Assembly (NCBI RefSeq): GCF_016432865.1
Contig: NC_067403.1
Span: 255,998,001 to 256,062,000 of the forward strand
Origin: Antechinus flavipes
Taxonomy: Eukaryota
DNA: 64,000 nt
Direction: 5' to 3'
Shown: piece by piece, positions 36,735-49,156 of the stretch
Numbering within the stretch: the first letter of the stretch is position 1
Layout: each line of letters starts with the position of its first letter
Notes under the pieces: model-generated
Database searches by the model: none
Seen by the model: the letters and a program-made list of their open reading frames with translations, nothing else
What the model was told of the DNA's origin: nothing
Translations under genes and position numbers: made by a program

Positions 36735-37139
36735 TTTATTTATTTATTTATTTTACTTTTTTTTTTTTAATAACTGTTTATTGACAGAACCCATGCCAGG
36801 GTAATTTTTTACATTATCTCTTGTACTCACTTCTGTTCCGATTTTTCCCCTCCCTTACTCCACCCCCTCCCCCAGATGGCAAGTAGTCCTATACATGTTA
36901 AATAGGTTACAGTATATCCTAGATACAATCTATGTGTGCAGAACCGAACAGTTTTCTTGTTGCACAGGGAGAATTGGATTCAGAAGGTAGAAATAACCCG
37001 GGAAGAAAAACAAAAATGCAAGCAGTTTACATTCATTTCCCAGTGTTCTTTCTTTGGGTGTAGCTGCTTCTGTCCATCCTTGATCCATTGAAACTGAGTT
37101 AGATCTCTTTGTCGAAGAAATCCACTTCCATCAGAATAC
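36735..37139 (-). mobile_element. young 5'-truncated L1 3' end
   Basis: Perfect 18-bp TSD ATGAATGAGGGGAATCTT at 36717-34 and 37140-57. Confidence 0.9.
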
Positions 37140-38720
37140 ATGAATGAGGGGAATCTTAAAAAGAGTCGATGAACCCGGTGAAAATTCAACATGATGATTT
37201 TGGATCCAGGCTGTTTTGGGAGTCTGAGGTAATGAGAAGTTGGTTGGATCCTCAATGAGAAATAATATACATGTCTGAAGATGTTATTTTCCCTTTTTAA
37301 CACTTTTAAGCATGCTTTTCTCCCTAAAATGTTCTGTTGTAACTCTCTACAGAAAAGCGGTATTATCAACCAACAATAGATAAAAAAAAAAAAAAAGACT
37401 GAAAGTGTTTTGTTTGTTTTGCTTTCCTTTGCTTGTATTCTTTTCTCATATTCCAAGATTAGCTTTCTCCAAACTTGATACAACGTAGGGTATAGTTCTG
37501 GATTTCTTGGGAGTGTGAGCTAAAGGACCAGAATATAACATAAGTAGCGAAAAGTACATATATTCAACTGTTGCGATGGGAGGCATAAAAGAGGCCTCAC
37601 ACACATTTTGCCAATGTTGCTTTTTATTGCAATCAAAGAGATTTCAGAAATGTGAGGATGGCAAAATAGGAAGAAAAGTATGTTAAGACTTTTGGGCAAT
37701 TTTTGAAGGTCTGATGACTTTTATTTGTTAGCTAATTTGTTGCGATGATACGAGAGAATCAATAATAACTATATCTAAGGCTACCTTGGAGAGGTATGAA
37801 GAGTGAGCCTTGCTATGTGAGAAAATCAACTCAGGGGAATAGAATCAAATTGTCTGAGTTTTGCTTTCAGATTTTTTTTGTGTGTCCTTGAACTAATGTT
37901 TCATGAGTTCAAGAAAAATGCCCAGCTTAACGGGAATGAGGCCGGTGGATCTCTGTCCACATGAAAAACGTTGGAAGGGAGAGCTGGAGAAGGCCAAATT
38001 AATATTTCCTGACTTAGTTTCCCCTGCAAGAATTTTTTCACCTGGTTATATTTGAGTCTGGTTGAGGTATCCTGTCATACACTTGACTTCTTTTTCTAAC
38101 CTTTTTGAAATCATTTGGATCTGAGGTGCTTTATCTAATTAAACACATGCTAAATCATTTTGGGTCCTTGGACGTAGGACTCGTGAACTAATATCGATGT
38201 TGTTATAATCATGTCTGTTCTTTATTTTCAAACAAATCTCTTTTACTAAGGTAAAGTTGATATGATATGACATACTGTAGCTTGTTGATATGATATGAAA
38301 CACTGTATCTTATCAGTACTATATTTTGTCACTTCTATATTGCTTTAAGATAAAGAAAGTGAAGATTTTATGCTTTTCAATCTGAGATGATAATCATTTC
38401 CATACTGAGATTTGTAAATGACCTGTTCATAGTCATGTATTCCTGCATAAAATATGGTCCTTGAAATTTCTAAAAATATCAAGTCAGTCGGACCAAAGTA
38501 TAAATCAATGGCTTGGTTTAAGTTGAAAACAGAAACTTTTCCAGTTTGCTCAGGAAGAAAATAATTTGAGGGAAATCAGTTTTCTTAGAGGAGTAACTTA
38601 TGGAATACCTTATGTTATTCAAAAGAAAAGTCAGTTTGACTTAGGTCTGTTATTTAATGTGAATTAATATCTCTTTGTAGATAATGTCCTGAAATATAAA
38701 CATGTCTTACTAGCAGGCAA

Positions 38721-39404
38721 TGTTGTGCCACAATTCCCATTTAATGTCCTGACCCAGTTTCCCTAATTGTTCTATTTAGTTACTCTGCCTCAGGTTATAA
38801 CCGTTCCCTCTTAATGTTTGATAGGATAAAGGTCTTCTATCTTAGACCTTAGGCCAGTGGTCCTCAAACTTTTGTTCTCAATATCTTCATCTTATTAAAA
38901 ATGATTGAGGATCTGTCCCAAGAGTTTTTGTTTATGTGGTTTATAGTTATAGATATTGATCACATTAAAAATAAAAACTAATTATGAATTTGTGGACTCT
39001 CTGAAAGGATTTCAGAGATTCCCAGGATGCTCTGGACCAGACTTTGAGAACCATTGCCTTAGGCTATACTCATTCCCTCTTAATGTTTAATGGGATAAAG
39101 GTCTTTTTCCATTTTAGACATCATTAGGATATCAGGAGCCTCTTCAGTATCTCCCATTATGTCATCCTAGGTGCCTCCCCCCATTAGGTCATCTCCATCC
39201 AGGTACCTCCTCCATTATGTCATTGTTCTTGTTATTCTATAAAAGAGTCTTGTGTCTGATACTCGGGGCTGGATTCTTTGAGACCATAGTCTCATTCAGC
39301 CCTGGGACCAAACATGGATCCATTTGGTCCCACTAATCTCTCCATTTAATAAACTATTAAATTGTTCTCTGATCTCTGTCTTGCTCAGTTTCTCCAGCGT
39401 TACA
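38721..39404 (+). mobile_element. ERV solo LTR (4-bp TSD, ERV1-like) interrupted by a MITE
   Basis: TGTTGTGCC...CGTTACA termini; TSD GCAA at 38717-20 and 39405-08; TATAAAA at 39238-44; AATAAA at 39348-53. Confidence 0.8.
38855..39056. mobile_element. hAT-Charlie-type MITE (202 bp)
   Basis: Imperfect TIRs CAGTGGTCCTCAAACT / ACTTTGAGAACCATTG; perfect 8-bp TSD CCTTAGGC at 38847-54 and 39057-64. Confidence 0.85.
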
Positions 39405-39659
39405 GCAACTCATTTGATATATACTCAAAACATGTATACAATTTGGAATTAAATACTTAGTTTGCTTGCTCATCCCATCCCAGGATTTTTTTAAAAATTA
39501 TATATGAATGAAATTTATACATGTAAGTAAATGCAGTGTGTATTCCTATTTCCTATAAGGCTAAGATCCTTAAAAGCCTCTACTCTTCCTAAGGAAAAAA
39601 TTATGTCAGAATACATTGTAATTCTAAAAGGAAAAACATTGAATTGAAAAAATGGGTCA

Positions 39660-39803
39660 CTTTTTTCCCTGATGCAGTTGGGGTTAAGTGACTTGCCCAG
39701 GGTCACACAACTAGGAAGTATTAAGTGTCTGAGAGCACATTTGAACTCAGGTCCTCCTGACTTCAGGGCCGGTGCTCAATTCACCGTTTTACCGAGCTTC
39801 TCT
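39660..39803 (-). mobile_element. WSINE1-like SINE
   Basis: ggggttaagtgacttgcccagggtcacacaactaggaagt...tttgaactcaggtcctcctgacttcagggccggtgctc is the reverse complement of the family. Confidence 0.85.
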
Positions 39804-40499
39804 GAAAAAATCATTTTAAAAAATTATTCTTATAGCATTATTTTATTTAGCACATTTATATCAATTAAAGAGTTTGAAAAAAAGCAAGGGTATTTAAAAA
39901 CTGAAATACTTTGAAAGTTAAAGAAAACTGTAGATTGTTAATGATTTTCTCATCACTATTATTGATCATTTTAGAACCATAAAGTCTGATCTGAGTTTAA
40001 GGGATTATTAGAGAAGTAAAATTTAAGAGTATTTACTAAAATTGCTTTGAGATACATTTTAGAAAAAAGGTTATAAAAAGAACCCCTAATGATCTGTAAA
40101 ATATATAAAATTAGTCAGCCAACTCTACTAAAGAGGATCCCCATTCAGAGTGACCCTGAGGATGAGAACAATTCCAGAATGTCCAAGAGAACTGCTAACA
40201 GAGAATCGGTCAAAAGAGTGGGACATTTGGAATTCAAGAAAAAATCTGCTGATTAAACGTTCACTGGGTGTGGGATACAAGAAGATAATTAATGTTGATC
40301 ATCATTCTATAATTTGGGCTTTTAGTTCACAGTTATCGAGGTTTGCAGAGTTTTCTCAGTTGCCAGGAGACATGCAAATCTCCTTTCAGAATTTATTTTA
40401 TGATTTCAGATGTTATTATGGTTTGCATTGTAATTAATCAACATTGCAATTACAAGAAAACTTTGCATTAGTTAATCTTTTCAACTCAGTTTTGAATAA

Positions 40500-41024
40500 A
40501 GGGAGAATTTAAAATCATGATTATAATTCTGTAGCATTTTCCTATAGATCCTGTTTAGAAGTACTTAATCTTGTCCTATAATTGCTTTTGTTCTGTAACT
40601 CCCTAAGTCATGATTCTTTGTCAATAAATTTTGTTTAGAATTCAGCTGGCTCCCAATGGATCTCATCTTCTCTATTCTTGCCTAAACGAACTTAACTGAC
40701 CTGAGGGGATGATTGTGAACTCACCAGGTCTAAAGTCTTCAGACCACCAACCTTTCCTTCAAGGATTTCTGGTTGGTTTTTATGCATTTGGACTCTCAGA
40801 AGTGAAGGACGGAGGTTGCTGCTGTTTTACCAAACAGCAATTGCCAAACTTCCAATCAATCATAAGAAGCCCCAGCTCTGCAAGCAGTTATGTTGCTATA
40901 AACTATATGAAGTCTCCTGTCATGTTCTGTTCTTTCTTTTGAACTCTTCCAAACCAATAAAAGCAAAAATGTCTTTGCTCTGAAGTTTTGGCATAATTGG
41001 AGGCAAGCCGTTGACCTATTTCAC
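40500..41024 (+). mobile_element. probable LTR 3' portion
   Basis: ctataaac TATA-like (~40897), AATAAA (~40957), ends TTCACA; 5' boundary and TSD not found. Confidence 0.4.
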
Positions 41025-41039
41025 AAGCAGCATACCCCC

Positions 41040-42260
41040 TTTTTATTATTAAAGTCTTTTATTTTCAAAACACTTGCATAGATAATTTTTATCATTTACT
41101 CTTTTTCTTTTCTTTTTTTTTTAATATAGCTTTTTATTTACAAGATATATGCATGGGTAATTTTTCAGCATTGACAATTGCCAGACCTTTTGTTCTAATT
41201 TTTCCCCTCCTTCTCCCCACCTTCTCCTCCACATGGCAGATTGACCAATACATGTAAAATATGTTAACGTATACATTAAATATAATATACATATACATGT
41301 TATTTTGCTGTACAAAAAGAATCGGACTTTTCATCATTTACTCTTGCAAAACTTTGTGTTCCAAATTTTTTCCCTCCCTTCCCCTAATCCTCCCCTAGAT
41401 GGCAAATAATCCAATATATGTGAAACACGTGAAATTCTTCTATACATATTTCCACCATTATCATGCTTTACAAGAAAAATGAGATCAAAAAGGAACCAAA
41501 TGAGAAAGAAAACAAAATGAAAACAGATAACAATAAAAAAAGTGAAAATACTATGTTGTGATCCAAACTCAGTCTCCGCAGTCTCTCTCTGGATACAGAT
41601 GGCTCTCTTTATCACAAGACCATTGGAACTGGCCTGAATCATGTCACTGTTAAAAAGAGCCGTGTCTGTCAGAATTGATCATGACATCATCTTGCTGTTG
41701 CCGGGTACAATGATCTGGTTCTGCTCACTTCAGCATCAGTTCCTGTCAGTCTCCCCAGTCTCTCTGAAATCCTCCTGCTGGTCATTTCTTACAGAACAAT
41801 AATATTCCATAACATTCATATACCACAATTTACCCAGCCATTCTCCAACTGATGGGCATCCACTCAGTTTCCAGTTTCTTGCTACCACAAACATTTTTGC
41901 ACATGTGGGTCCTTTTCCCCTCCTTTAGATCTCTTGGGGATATAAGCCCTACAGTAAAGCCACTGCTGAAACAAAGGATATGCACAGTCTGAGAACCATT
42001 TGGGTATAGTTCTCAATTGCTCTCCAGAATTATTGAATCAGTTTACAACTCGACCCACAATGTATTAGTCATCCAGTTTTCCCATATCCTCTCTGACATT
42101 CATCATTATCTTTTCCTCTTGTGTTAACCTACCTGAGAGGTGGGTAGTGGTACCTTAGTTTGCATTTCTCTGATCAATAGTGATTTAGAGCCCCTTTTCA
42201 TATGACTACAAATGGTTTTCAATATTTCATCTGAAAATTGTTCTTATCATTTGGCCATTT
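41040..42260 (-). mobile_element. L1 3' end (ORF2 end plus 3'UTR) with a second L1 tail nested at about 41110-41330
   Basis: Two T-rich tails; cagaacaataatattccataacattcatataccacaat...ttgcatttctctgatcaatagtgatttagag is L1 ORF2 C-terminus antisense. Confidence 0.85.
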
Positions 42261-42262
42261 TC

Positions 42263-42751
42263 TGTAATGTTCTCTTCTCTAAAGTATAATGTTCTCTGCG
42301 AGCAGGTTTCTTGGGGAGGTTTCTGGAGGCAGCCTTAGTTTCAGTTCAGAGTAATAATCACCTCAGATGTAGCCAGGACTTAAAGGCCAGCTCCTTTATT
42401 GTCTCCTTCCTTGGGCCCAGTTAGCTTTCTTAGAGGCCTATCTCTCTCCTTGGTTCTGAGAGCTCTTGCCGCTGGTCCTTTGTCTCTTCCAGCTTCAGCC
42501 TCCAGCCAGCACAAAGGTGGAAGATGGAATGATTCTGACTCCGCCTCCGAGAGTGGGCTTGCGGGTTAGAATCTCCTGGACTCCATCCTGGTTGAGGCTC
42601 CTAACTTATATATGCCCCCTTAAAGGTGTGAATCTTAAAGGTGTGAACGCTAATAAGTACTAAGTACCCCTAGAGAACTGTTAAGCACCCTGCTAAACAA
42701 CCATTGTCTCTATCAATTCCACTGACTTAGCCCCTTGTAAGAATTCTAACA
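42263..42751 (-). mobile_element. probable solo LTR
   Basis: TGTAATG...TCTAACA termini; minus-strand AATAAA (tttatt ~42395) and TATATAAG (~42605); no matching TSD seen. Confidence 0.6.
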
Positions 42752-44774
42752 CTCCCGCCCCAAATGCTCCAGGTGACTTATTACCCTCCCCTCACCCCCT
42801 CCACCTCCATGGGTCTGTTTGTTGCCTCTTGGGTGAGCTGGACCTTTAATTTTCCAGAAAACGATTGGAAGCCATAGAACATTATGGGAAAGATTTTTCC
42901 AGAGACTTAGGATTCACTCAAAATACTTCCCAGTGTTCCAAAAGACCCAGGATGTTCTTCTCCATTTCTTTACTTCTGGGCCCACAGCACTGTCCACCTG
43001 CTAAAACTTTCCAGGAAAGCTACCCTGATATAGGACCAGTTCTAGGGCTTGCTCATCCCCTTCCTAACATAGTCCGCACCTTAACAAGCACTGTGCATCC
43101 ACTTTGTTTTTCAGATGTGGATGATCAGGCCGAGTTCCTGGGAGTGATCATGAGCCTAAGTTCTGCTGTGTTCTTGGCCTTGATACAGTGTCATGGCCAC
43201 CTCATTCCCTTTATCCTGCCCTTTGGCTGGACAGTTTTCCCACTGTGCCTGATAGTTTTTGGCTTCTCCTTTCCTGGCCCTTTTTGTTTCTTCTGCCTGG
43301 ATTACATCCTTGCTCCTCTTCCTACCCCGTCCTCCCTCATTGAAATCCTGCCCATTTCTGAAGCCTTCTGGGATTCCCTCCGGTGCCCAGACCTCTCCTC
43401 TCGCTCTCATTGGCGCTCCGGTTCGCCCTCGGGTTTCTACCCATCTCCAGAGCCTCATGTTCTCCTTCCCCACTAAAAGGGACACCTGAAGCCAGGCAGG
43501 GATGGCTGTTAAGGTAGCCCACCGAGGGGCCACTTGGGAATCTCGAGGGGAGCAGAAGAAGGCCCAAGGCTGGCCCAGATGCTCTCTTCAGAGAGAGAGG
43601 AGTATTTGAGAACAGCATCTACTGCCCTTAAATACTATTGCTCTAGAGGCATGATTGAGCTGAACAACATGCCCACAGCTGCCCAGGTGCCCAAGCCTGG
43701 GCCCTGACCAGCAAAACCTGGCTTCACAAGAGAGAACAAAACAGAACTGGGGCCGTTTCCTTCTTGTGCAGCGTCTGCCAGGTCTGGCTCAGAGCTGTGT
43801 GCTCTCTAGTTGGAAAAGGGGCTTCCAGGATGAAGGGGTCCAGGCCAGTTAAGCCCCCATGGCAGGATGGGAGTGAAACGTGGTCCGAAGGCAAGTAGGG
43901 AGACATGGGTTGGGATGAACTGCCCACCCGGTGAAGAAAGGCCATGGGAAATGTTCCTGGGCCTCAGTTTCCCCTCGGTAAAATCTGGGGGTTGGTCTGG
44001 ATGATCTGTACTGCCCGGCCCTCCTGGCCAGCTCAGGATCTCCTGATCCTTATTTATCTTTGTGTGACTGGGTAGAAGAAACTGGCTGTAAACACTAATT
44101 GGATGAGCTCATCTTTCCTTTCTGATCCTTTCATCCTCCTCTCCCTTCAGGCCCTCCCGGGGAGGGGAGGAGGGGGGGAGCTGGGGATGGGGACAGTGTC
44201 CCTCCCTAGCCTTTTCAGGTGAAATCAGAGAAAAATCAGCCTCCAGGGCGGCCTTAGATCGGGGAGGAGGCACCGGCCCCATCTTGAAAGAGGCTGGGGC
44301 TGGGCCTGGGTGGGAAGGGAGGGTCCCTGGGGAGCCAGGGCCTTTGTTTATGGGAGAGGTTGTTTGGATTTTGTTTTTCTTACTCAGGTCTCTTTCTCCT
44401 GAGGCTTCCCAGCTAATCATTGGGGAGGTGGCCAGGAGGCTCAGAGAAGGGGGAGGGTGTGTCCAAGCCAAGGCTGGGCACTGCCCTAGTTCCCGGCCTT
44501 GTTCTCCAGGGCTCTTGCCCTTGGGACACGCCCTTGCCCTTGGGACAGGACAACGTGAGCTAGGGACTCTGGCTGCCTCAGAAGGGGAATAACTGGGTCT
44601 TCCTGGGGGCCACACCATCCCCAAGTCCAACTCCTCTGCCCTTTGGCCTTCTGGGACGGAGCCAGGACATCAGCCCTTCTTAACTAGGGGACCCTGACCA
44701 TATTCTTGAAATGTATTGTTCCCTGTATTTCTGTATCATTGGCTTCCTTCCTCGTCCTGTATATTTTACCCTTA

Positions 44775-45135
44775 AGACCTTAAAATGCGATTGTGTAGTC
44801 TTGTGATGGCGAGAGCCGTCCGGACCCAGAGAGGACTGTGGGAGCTGAGTGTGGACCACAACAGACCATTTCCACTCTTGTTTTCTTTCTCATTTTTTCT
44901 TTGTGATCGGATTTTTTCTTGTACAATAAGAGAAGTGTATAAATAAACATATATTGGATTTAACAGACTTTTACCATGTTTAACATATATTGGATTACTT
45001 GCCATTTGGGGAGGGGGGTGGGGAAGGAGGGGAAAATTTGGGGCACAAGATTTTGCAGGGGTTAATGTTGAAAAAATAATCCTTGGGCATATTTTGAGAA
45101 TAAAAAAAAAAACTTCAATTAAAAACAACAACAAC
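44775..45135 (+). mobile_element. L1 3'UTR fragment
   Basis: Same family as 21590; G-rich tract and A-rich/(AAC)n tail. Confidence 0.7.
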
Positions 45136-46989
45136 AACAAACATAACTGTGACAAGGAGGCCACAGCTACCAGAGGGTTTGGGCCCCCAAACCAGAGAAC
45201 AACCTCTGGCCTGGCCCACCCACACCAGCTAGACCAGAGGGAGGAGTCCAGAAATAGGTAATATTGGGGCCATGCAACTCAGGGAGGATTCACCAAAGGC
45301 CTGCACTTGCTGGGGGGCTTAGGGACCCTGATGAAATCAGCCAGCATTGTTCCTGCATGGGGCAGGTCCATCTCTCCAGCTCCACTTGTCACCAGATTGC
45401 CTCCTGGGATTGTCTTCCCCTTTTGAAAGTAGGGGCAGGGCCCGAGTTGTATTTGTGTCTCATACTTAGCACAGTGCTGGGCACACATGAAGCTCCTTCA
45501 ATCACTGAATGGATTAATGATTCATCCATCTAGTGCATTACCACCTCCTCTCAGCTAGCCCACAAATGCCTTGGCCCTCTCTGGGTAGCTCGGGCCCCTT
45601 GGGGCATTTCTTCGGCCTCAGTTTACCTCACAGGATCCGACCCCCCGGGGTCTCTTTTTCTCTCTCCGCCCTTTACTTGGGCTTTCCTCTCCTAGTCTGG
45701 CTTCTGACCTCATCCCCCCAGCCAAAGTTCCCAGTTCATCCCCACGGCTGAAGGTCTTCCCTCCGTCCTCCTCCTCCTCACCTTGGATACTGTCATCTGG
45801 CTTCCCTCCGTCTGAGGGGAGAAGTCAGTGTCCAAAGGGGGCCCAACCTCCTTATTCCTGCCACAAGTGTAGCCCAACTGCGGTCAATGAGCCAGACCCC
45901 TGGGCCTCCTTCCAGCTCAGCCCCCAGCCCCGTCTGTGACCCTGAGCCAGAGACAAGAGGCAGCGGGTTCCAGGAAAGTCTGACCCCAGGGCCCTGAGGA
46001 TAAATGGCCGCCCCTCGGGCCAGCTCTCTCCTGTGGAGCCAGAAGGAGGGAAGGGCAAGCCCTTGGCCCTGCCAAGAGGTTCTCCTTCAAGGTCTGATCA
46101 GAAAGAGCAGCCTCCCCCCTTGCTGGGCTGATGCCCTCTGGGACCCTGGGGCTCTTGTGATTTGTGGATAAAACCTTCCCTTGGTTGTCTCTCCCATAGA
46201 ATATGAGCCACAGTCCTTAGCACTTAGTAGGGCTTAGTAGATTCCCTCATCCATTTAATCAATCAAAACATCCAATCAACCAACCAATCAACCACTCTTC
46301 TGGACAGTTTTTTGTGAGCATGGGGCGGATGTTTTGGACTTTGTTTCCCCAGGATTTCATCACGCAGTAGGCACTTAATGCACACTTGTTGAGTTCTTTT
46401 TGTGGGACCTCCTCTGCTGGTACCCTGCCTCACCTCCCTGGCCCCCTCCTCAGTCTCCTGTGCTGGATCTTCTCTAGATCATACCCATTATCCCTGGGGG
46501 GTCCTGAGGCTCTGGCCTGGGCCCTCTTTTCCCTGCAGTCTCTGGAGTGACCACCTCATCAGCTCCCGGGGTTCAGTTCCCCCTCCCCCAAATGATGCCT
46601 TTCAGACTGGCCGTCTCACAGACATCTCAAATTCAGTGAGTTCCCAATGGAGTCTTCATTGTTCCCCTACATCCTGTCACCAGAGCCAACCCAGACAGAT
46701 ACGCCCTCCCCCCAACCCAAATAGCTGTCACCCTCCTACGGGGTAAACCAACTCCAGCTGCTCCCTCGACCCCAGGAACCAAACACGAAATCCTCTAGTG
46801 GGCGATGAAAGCCCTTCCTTCCCAGTCTGGCTCCCCACGTTCCCAGTCTCACGCCTCACCCCCCCCCCAGCCTACCACCCCCCACAGATCTTACTGTTCT
46901 TGAACCCCAACAATCCACTCAAAGCTCCTCCCTATCTCCCTGACCTTGTCCAGCCTCTGCCTTCTGACTCCCCGGCCTTCCCTGAGACT

Positions 46990-47330
46990 CAAATCCCACT
47001 GTGATCATCCACCGAGATCTGGGATTCAAGGCAATTCCAATAGACTTGGGATGGAAAATTCCAGCTGCCTCCGAGAACCGGGGACAGTGAGGGATGGAAG
47101 CGGGGCCTTTTCACCTTTTTTATTTGTTTTTCGTGGGTTTTTTCCCTTTGGTCGGATTTTTCTTGTACATGACAGATCTGTTTCAAAGCATTGCACCAAT
47201 TTACCCGCATCAGGCTGGGAGAGGAGGGAGGGGGGGAAGAGAGGGAGAAAATTGGGGAACACAAAGTCCTACAAAAGTGGATGCTGAAAACTCTCTTTAC
47301 ATGTACTCGGGAAAGAAAAAGTTGGGGAAA
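46990..47330 (+). mobile_element. older L1 3'UTR fragment
   Basis: caattccaatagacttgggatggaaaatt...ggagagggagaaaattggggaacacaaag...gatgctgaaaactc; L1 tail pattern. Confidence 0.6.
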
Positions 47331-47849
47331 GCTGTTTTTAAAAGGAGCCAATCCTGTCTTTTCCAGAGGCGTTTCCCAGCCCCCCCTTCTCCCCTTCATG
47401 GCCAGCGGTTCCCATTTAGCTTATCTACTTATACATATATACACACACCTATAGAAACACGCCCCTCCCCCCACTGACCGACACGTGCCTTCTGCTTGGG
47501 TTCTTCCGGGTGAAACCATCCCCTCCACAGACGCGTGTTTACATGTGCGTATACATGTACCTGGAGGCTCCCATATATGTACAGGCATGTGTATGTTTTA
47601 TTGGAAGTGAGCTGCTTTTCCTGAGGGACAGACTGTGTTTTTCAACAATAAATCAATTTTTAAGCAGCTCCTACCCGGTCGCTAAGAGCGGACCCTGCCC
47701 TACCCCCATCCTCAGTCTCCCTTTCTGTCACAAAGGATGACCTCCGGCCTTCCTGCCCGCTCCAAAGTCTCCGGCGAGGCTGCCCTGCCCCCACCTCGCT
47801 TTGGAAGGTAGAAAGGAAAGGGAGATGTTCTCTCTCCCGGCCAGAAATA

Positions 47850-48140
47850 GAGCGAGAGCTGTTGCCACGGCAACCGGGGAGGGAGGAAGGAAAGGCGGCC
47901 AGGGACCACCCACTCTCCTCCCGCGTTCCCGAGGCTGAAAGTCGGGCTCCAGCCTAGCAACAAGCCCGGGCCAATCTCCGGCCAGGATTCTGCGGGCCTG
48001 GGAAGGGAGAGCCAATGAGCGCGCCGCTCTGCCTCGGGAGCTGGGGAAACAGCCAGGAGCCGTCACGTGGCCCGTTTCCATGGCGACGGTCCCTCGGCAG
48101 GCGAAATTCAGGCTTGTTATTGAGTTCTGGGAAATTCCAC
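47850..48140 (+). promoter_or_regulatory. dense promoter-like motif cluster in a CpG island
   Basis: RFX X-boxes GTTGCCACGGCAAC (47861-74) and GTTTCCATGGCGAC (48074-87); CCAAT at 47971 and 48012; GTCACGTGG (48062-70); TTCTGGGAA (48125-33) overlapping GGGAAATTCC (48129-38). Confidence 0.6.
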
Positions 48141-48619
48141 TCGGAGGAGTGGGAGGATGGGTAGGAAGGAAGGAAGGGAGGAAGGGAACGCGCATTTTTA
48201 CATGTCGCCCACTGTGTGTCCGGCCCTGTGAGAGGCGCTTTACTGATGGATGGGGGGGGAGGGGCACGCCTCTTTCCCTGCGGTGTGACCCTGGGTCAGG
48301 ACCTGCCCATCTCCCGGCCTCAGTTTCCTCCTCTGTGGAATGGGAGATCTGGCCGGAAGGGGCTCTGGCCTTCTAGCCCTGGGGGTCACAGTCCCTGTTG
48401 CTCACAGTCATGCTTATATTTAGGACGCCATGCCCCGGCGAAGAACCCTGGTTTTAGTCACGTTTGGGGTTCCTTAGAGAAAAGAGAAAGGCCCAGGAAG
48501 GAGCCCAGAAAGTCACCCCCGGAGAGAAGGGCAAGGTGGGGAGGGTCGCCCCTGCTCTGCCGCGGCCCAGTCTCCAGGCCCCTCACTCCACTGTCCTTCC
48601 CCCGCCGCTGGGCCCCCTG

Positions 48620-49080
48620 AAATCCGATGCCGGTCCAGAAGGGAGCCGCCTTGTTACACATTCCAGCTGTCAGCAGGGCTCGGGGGCCAGGAATTCACAC
48701 CGGGCGGCGGAGGCTGGGAATGCGGCCCCCGGCCTCCGCCCGCCCCCCTTCCTGTGAGAGAGGCCCGGGCTGTGTAAGGGGGAAGGGAATGGGAGAGAGC
48801 CTGTGGTGGGTCGGGCGTCCACAACTGCTTACACAACAGAGACAAGATCGGAACCTCGAGTCCAGCATCCAGGGCGGGACCGCGGAGGTCAGAGGCCCAG
48901 GAATGCGGATGTTATGCCCAGGCTGCCCTTCTCGGCCTCCTGGCTCTAGGCCAGAGCCCAAGGGAGGTCAGGAGGCAGAGCAGGAGCTTCTGCAGGGCCT
49001 GGTCAGCCGAAGGCTGCTCCCGGGGTGACTCAGGTCCCAAGAAATGCCATCCCCTTATCAAGGTCTCTCAGCTGACTCAA
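48620..49080. promoter_or_regulatory. enhancer-like TEAD/AP-1 cluster
   Basis: ACATTCCA (48658-65), GGAATG (48717-22 and 48900-05), TGACTCA (49026-32 and 49073-79). Confidence 0.35.
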
Positions 49081-49156
49081 AGGAGGAAATTTTCAAGAGA
49101 TCTCATCTGACAGCTATGGAAACCCTCTGTGGAATGCTAGGGCTCGAAAGACTTAT

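Noticed and set aside
42865-43476. 203-aa ORF
   Set aside because: No recognisable domain, no splice or Kozak support, and overlapped by equally long antisense ORFs in GC-rich sequence.
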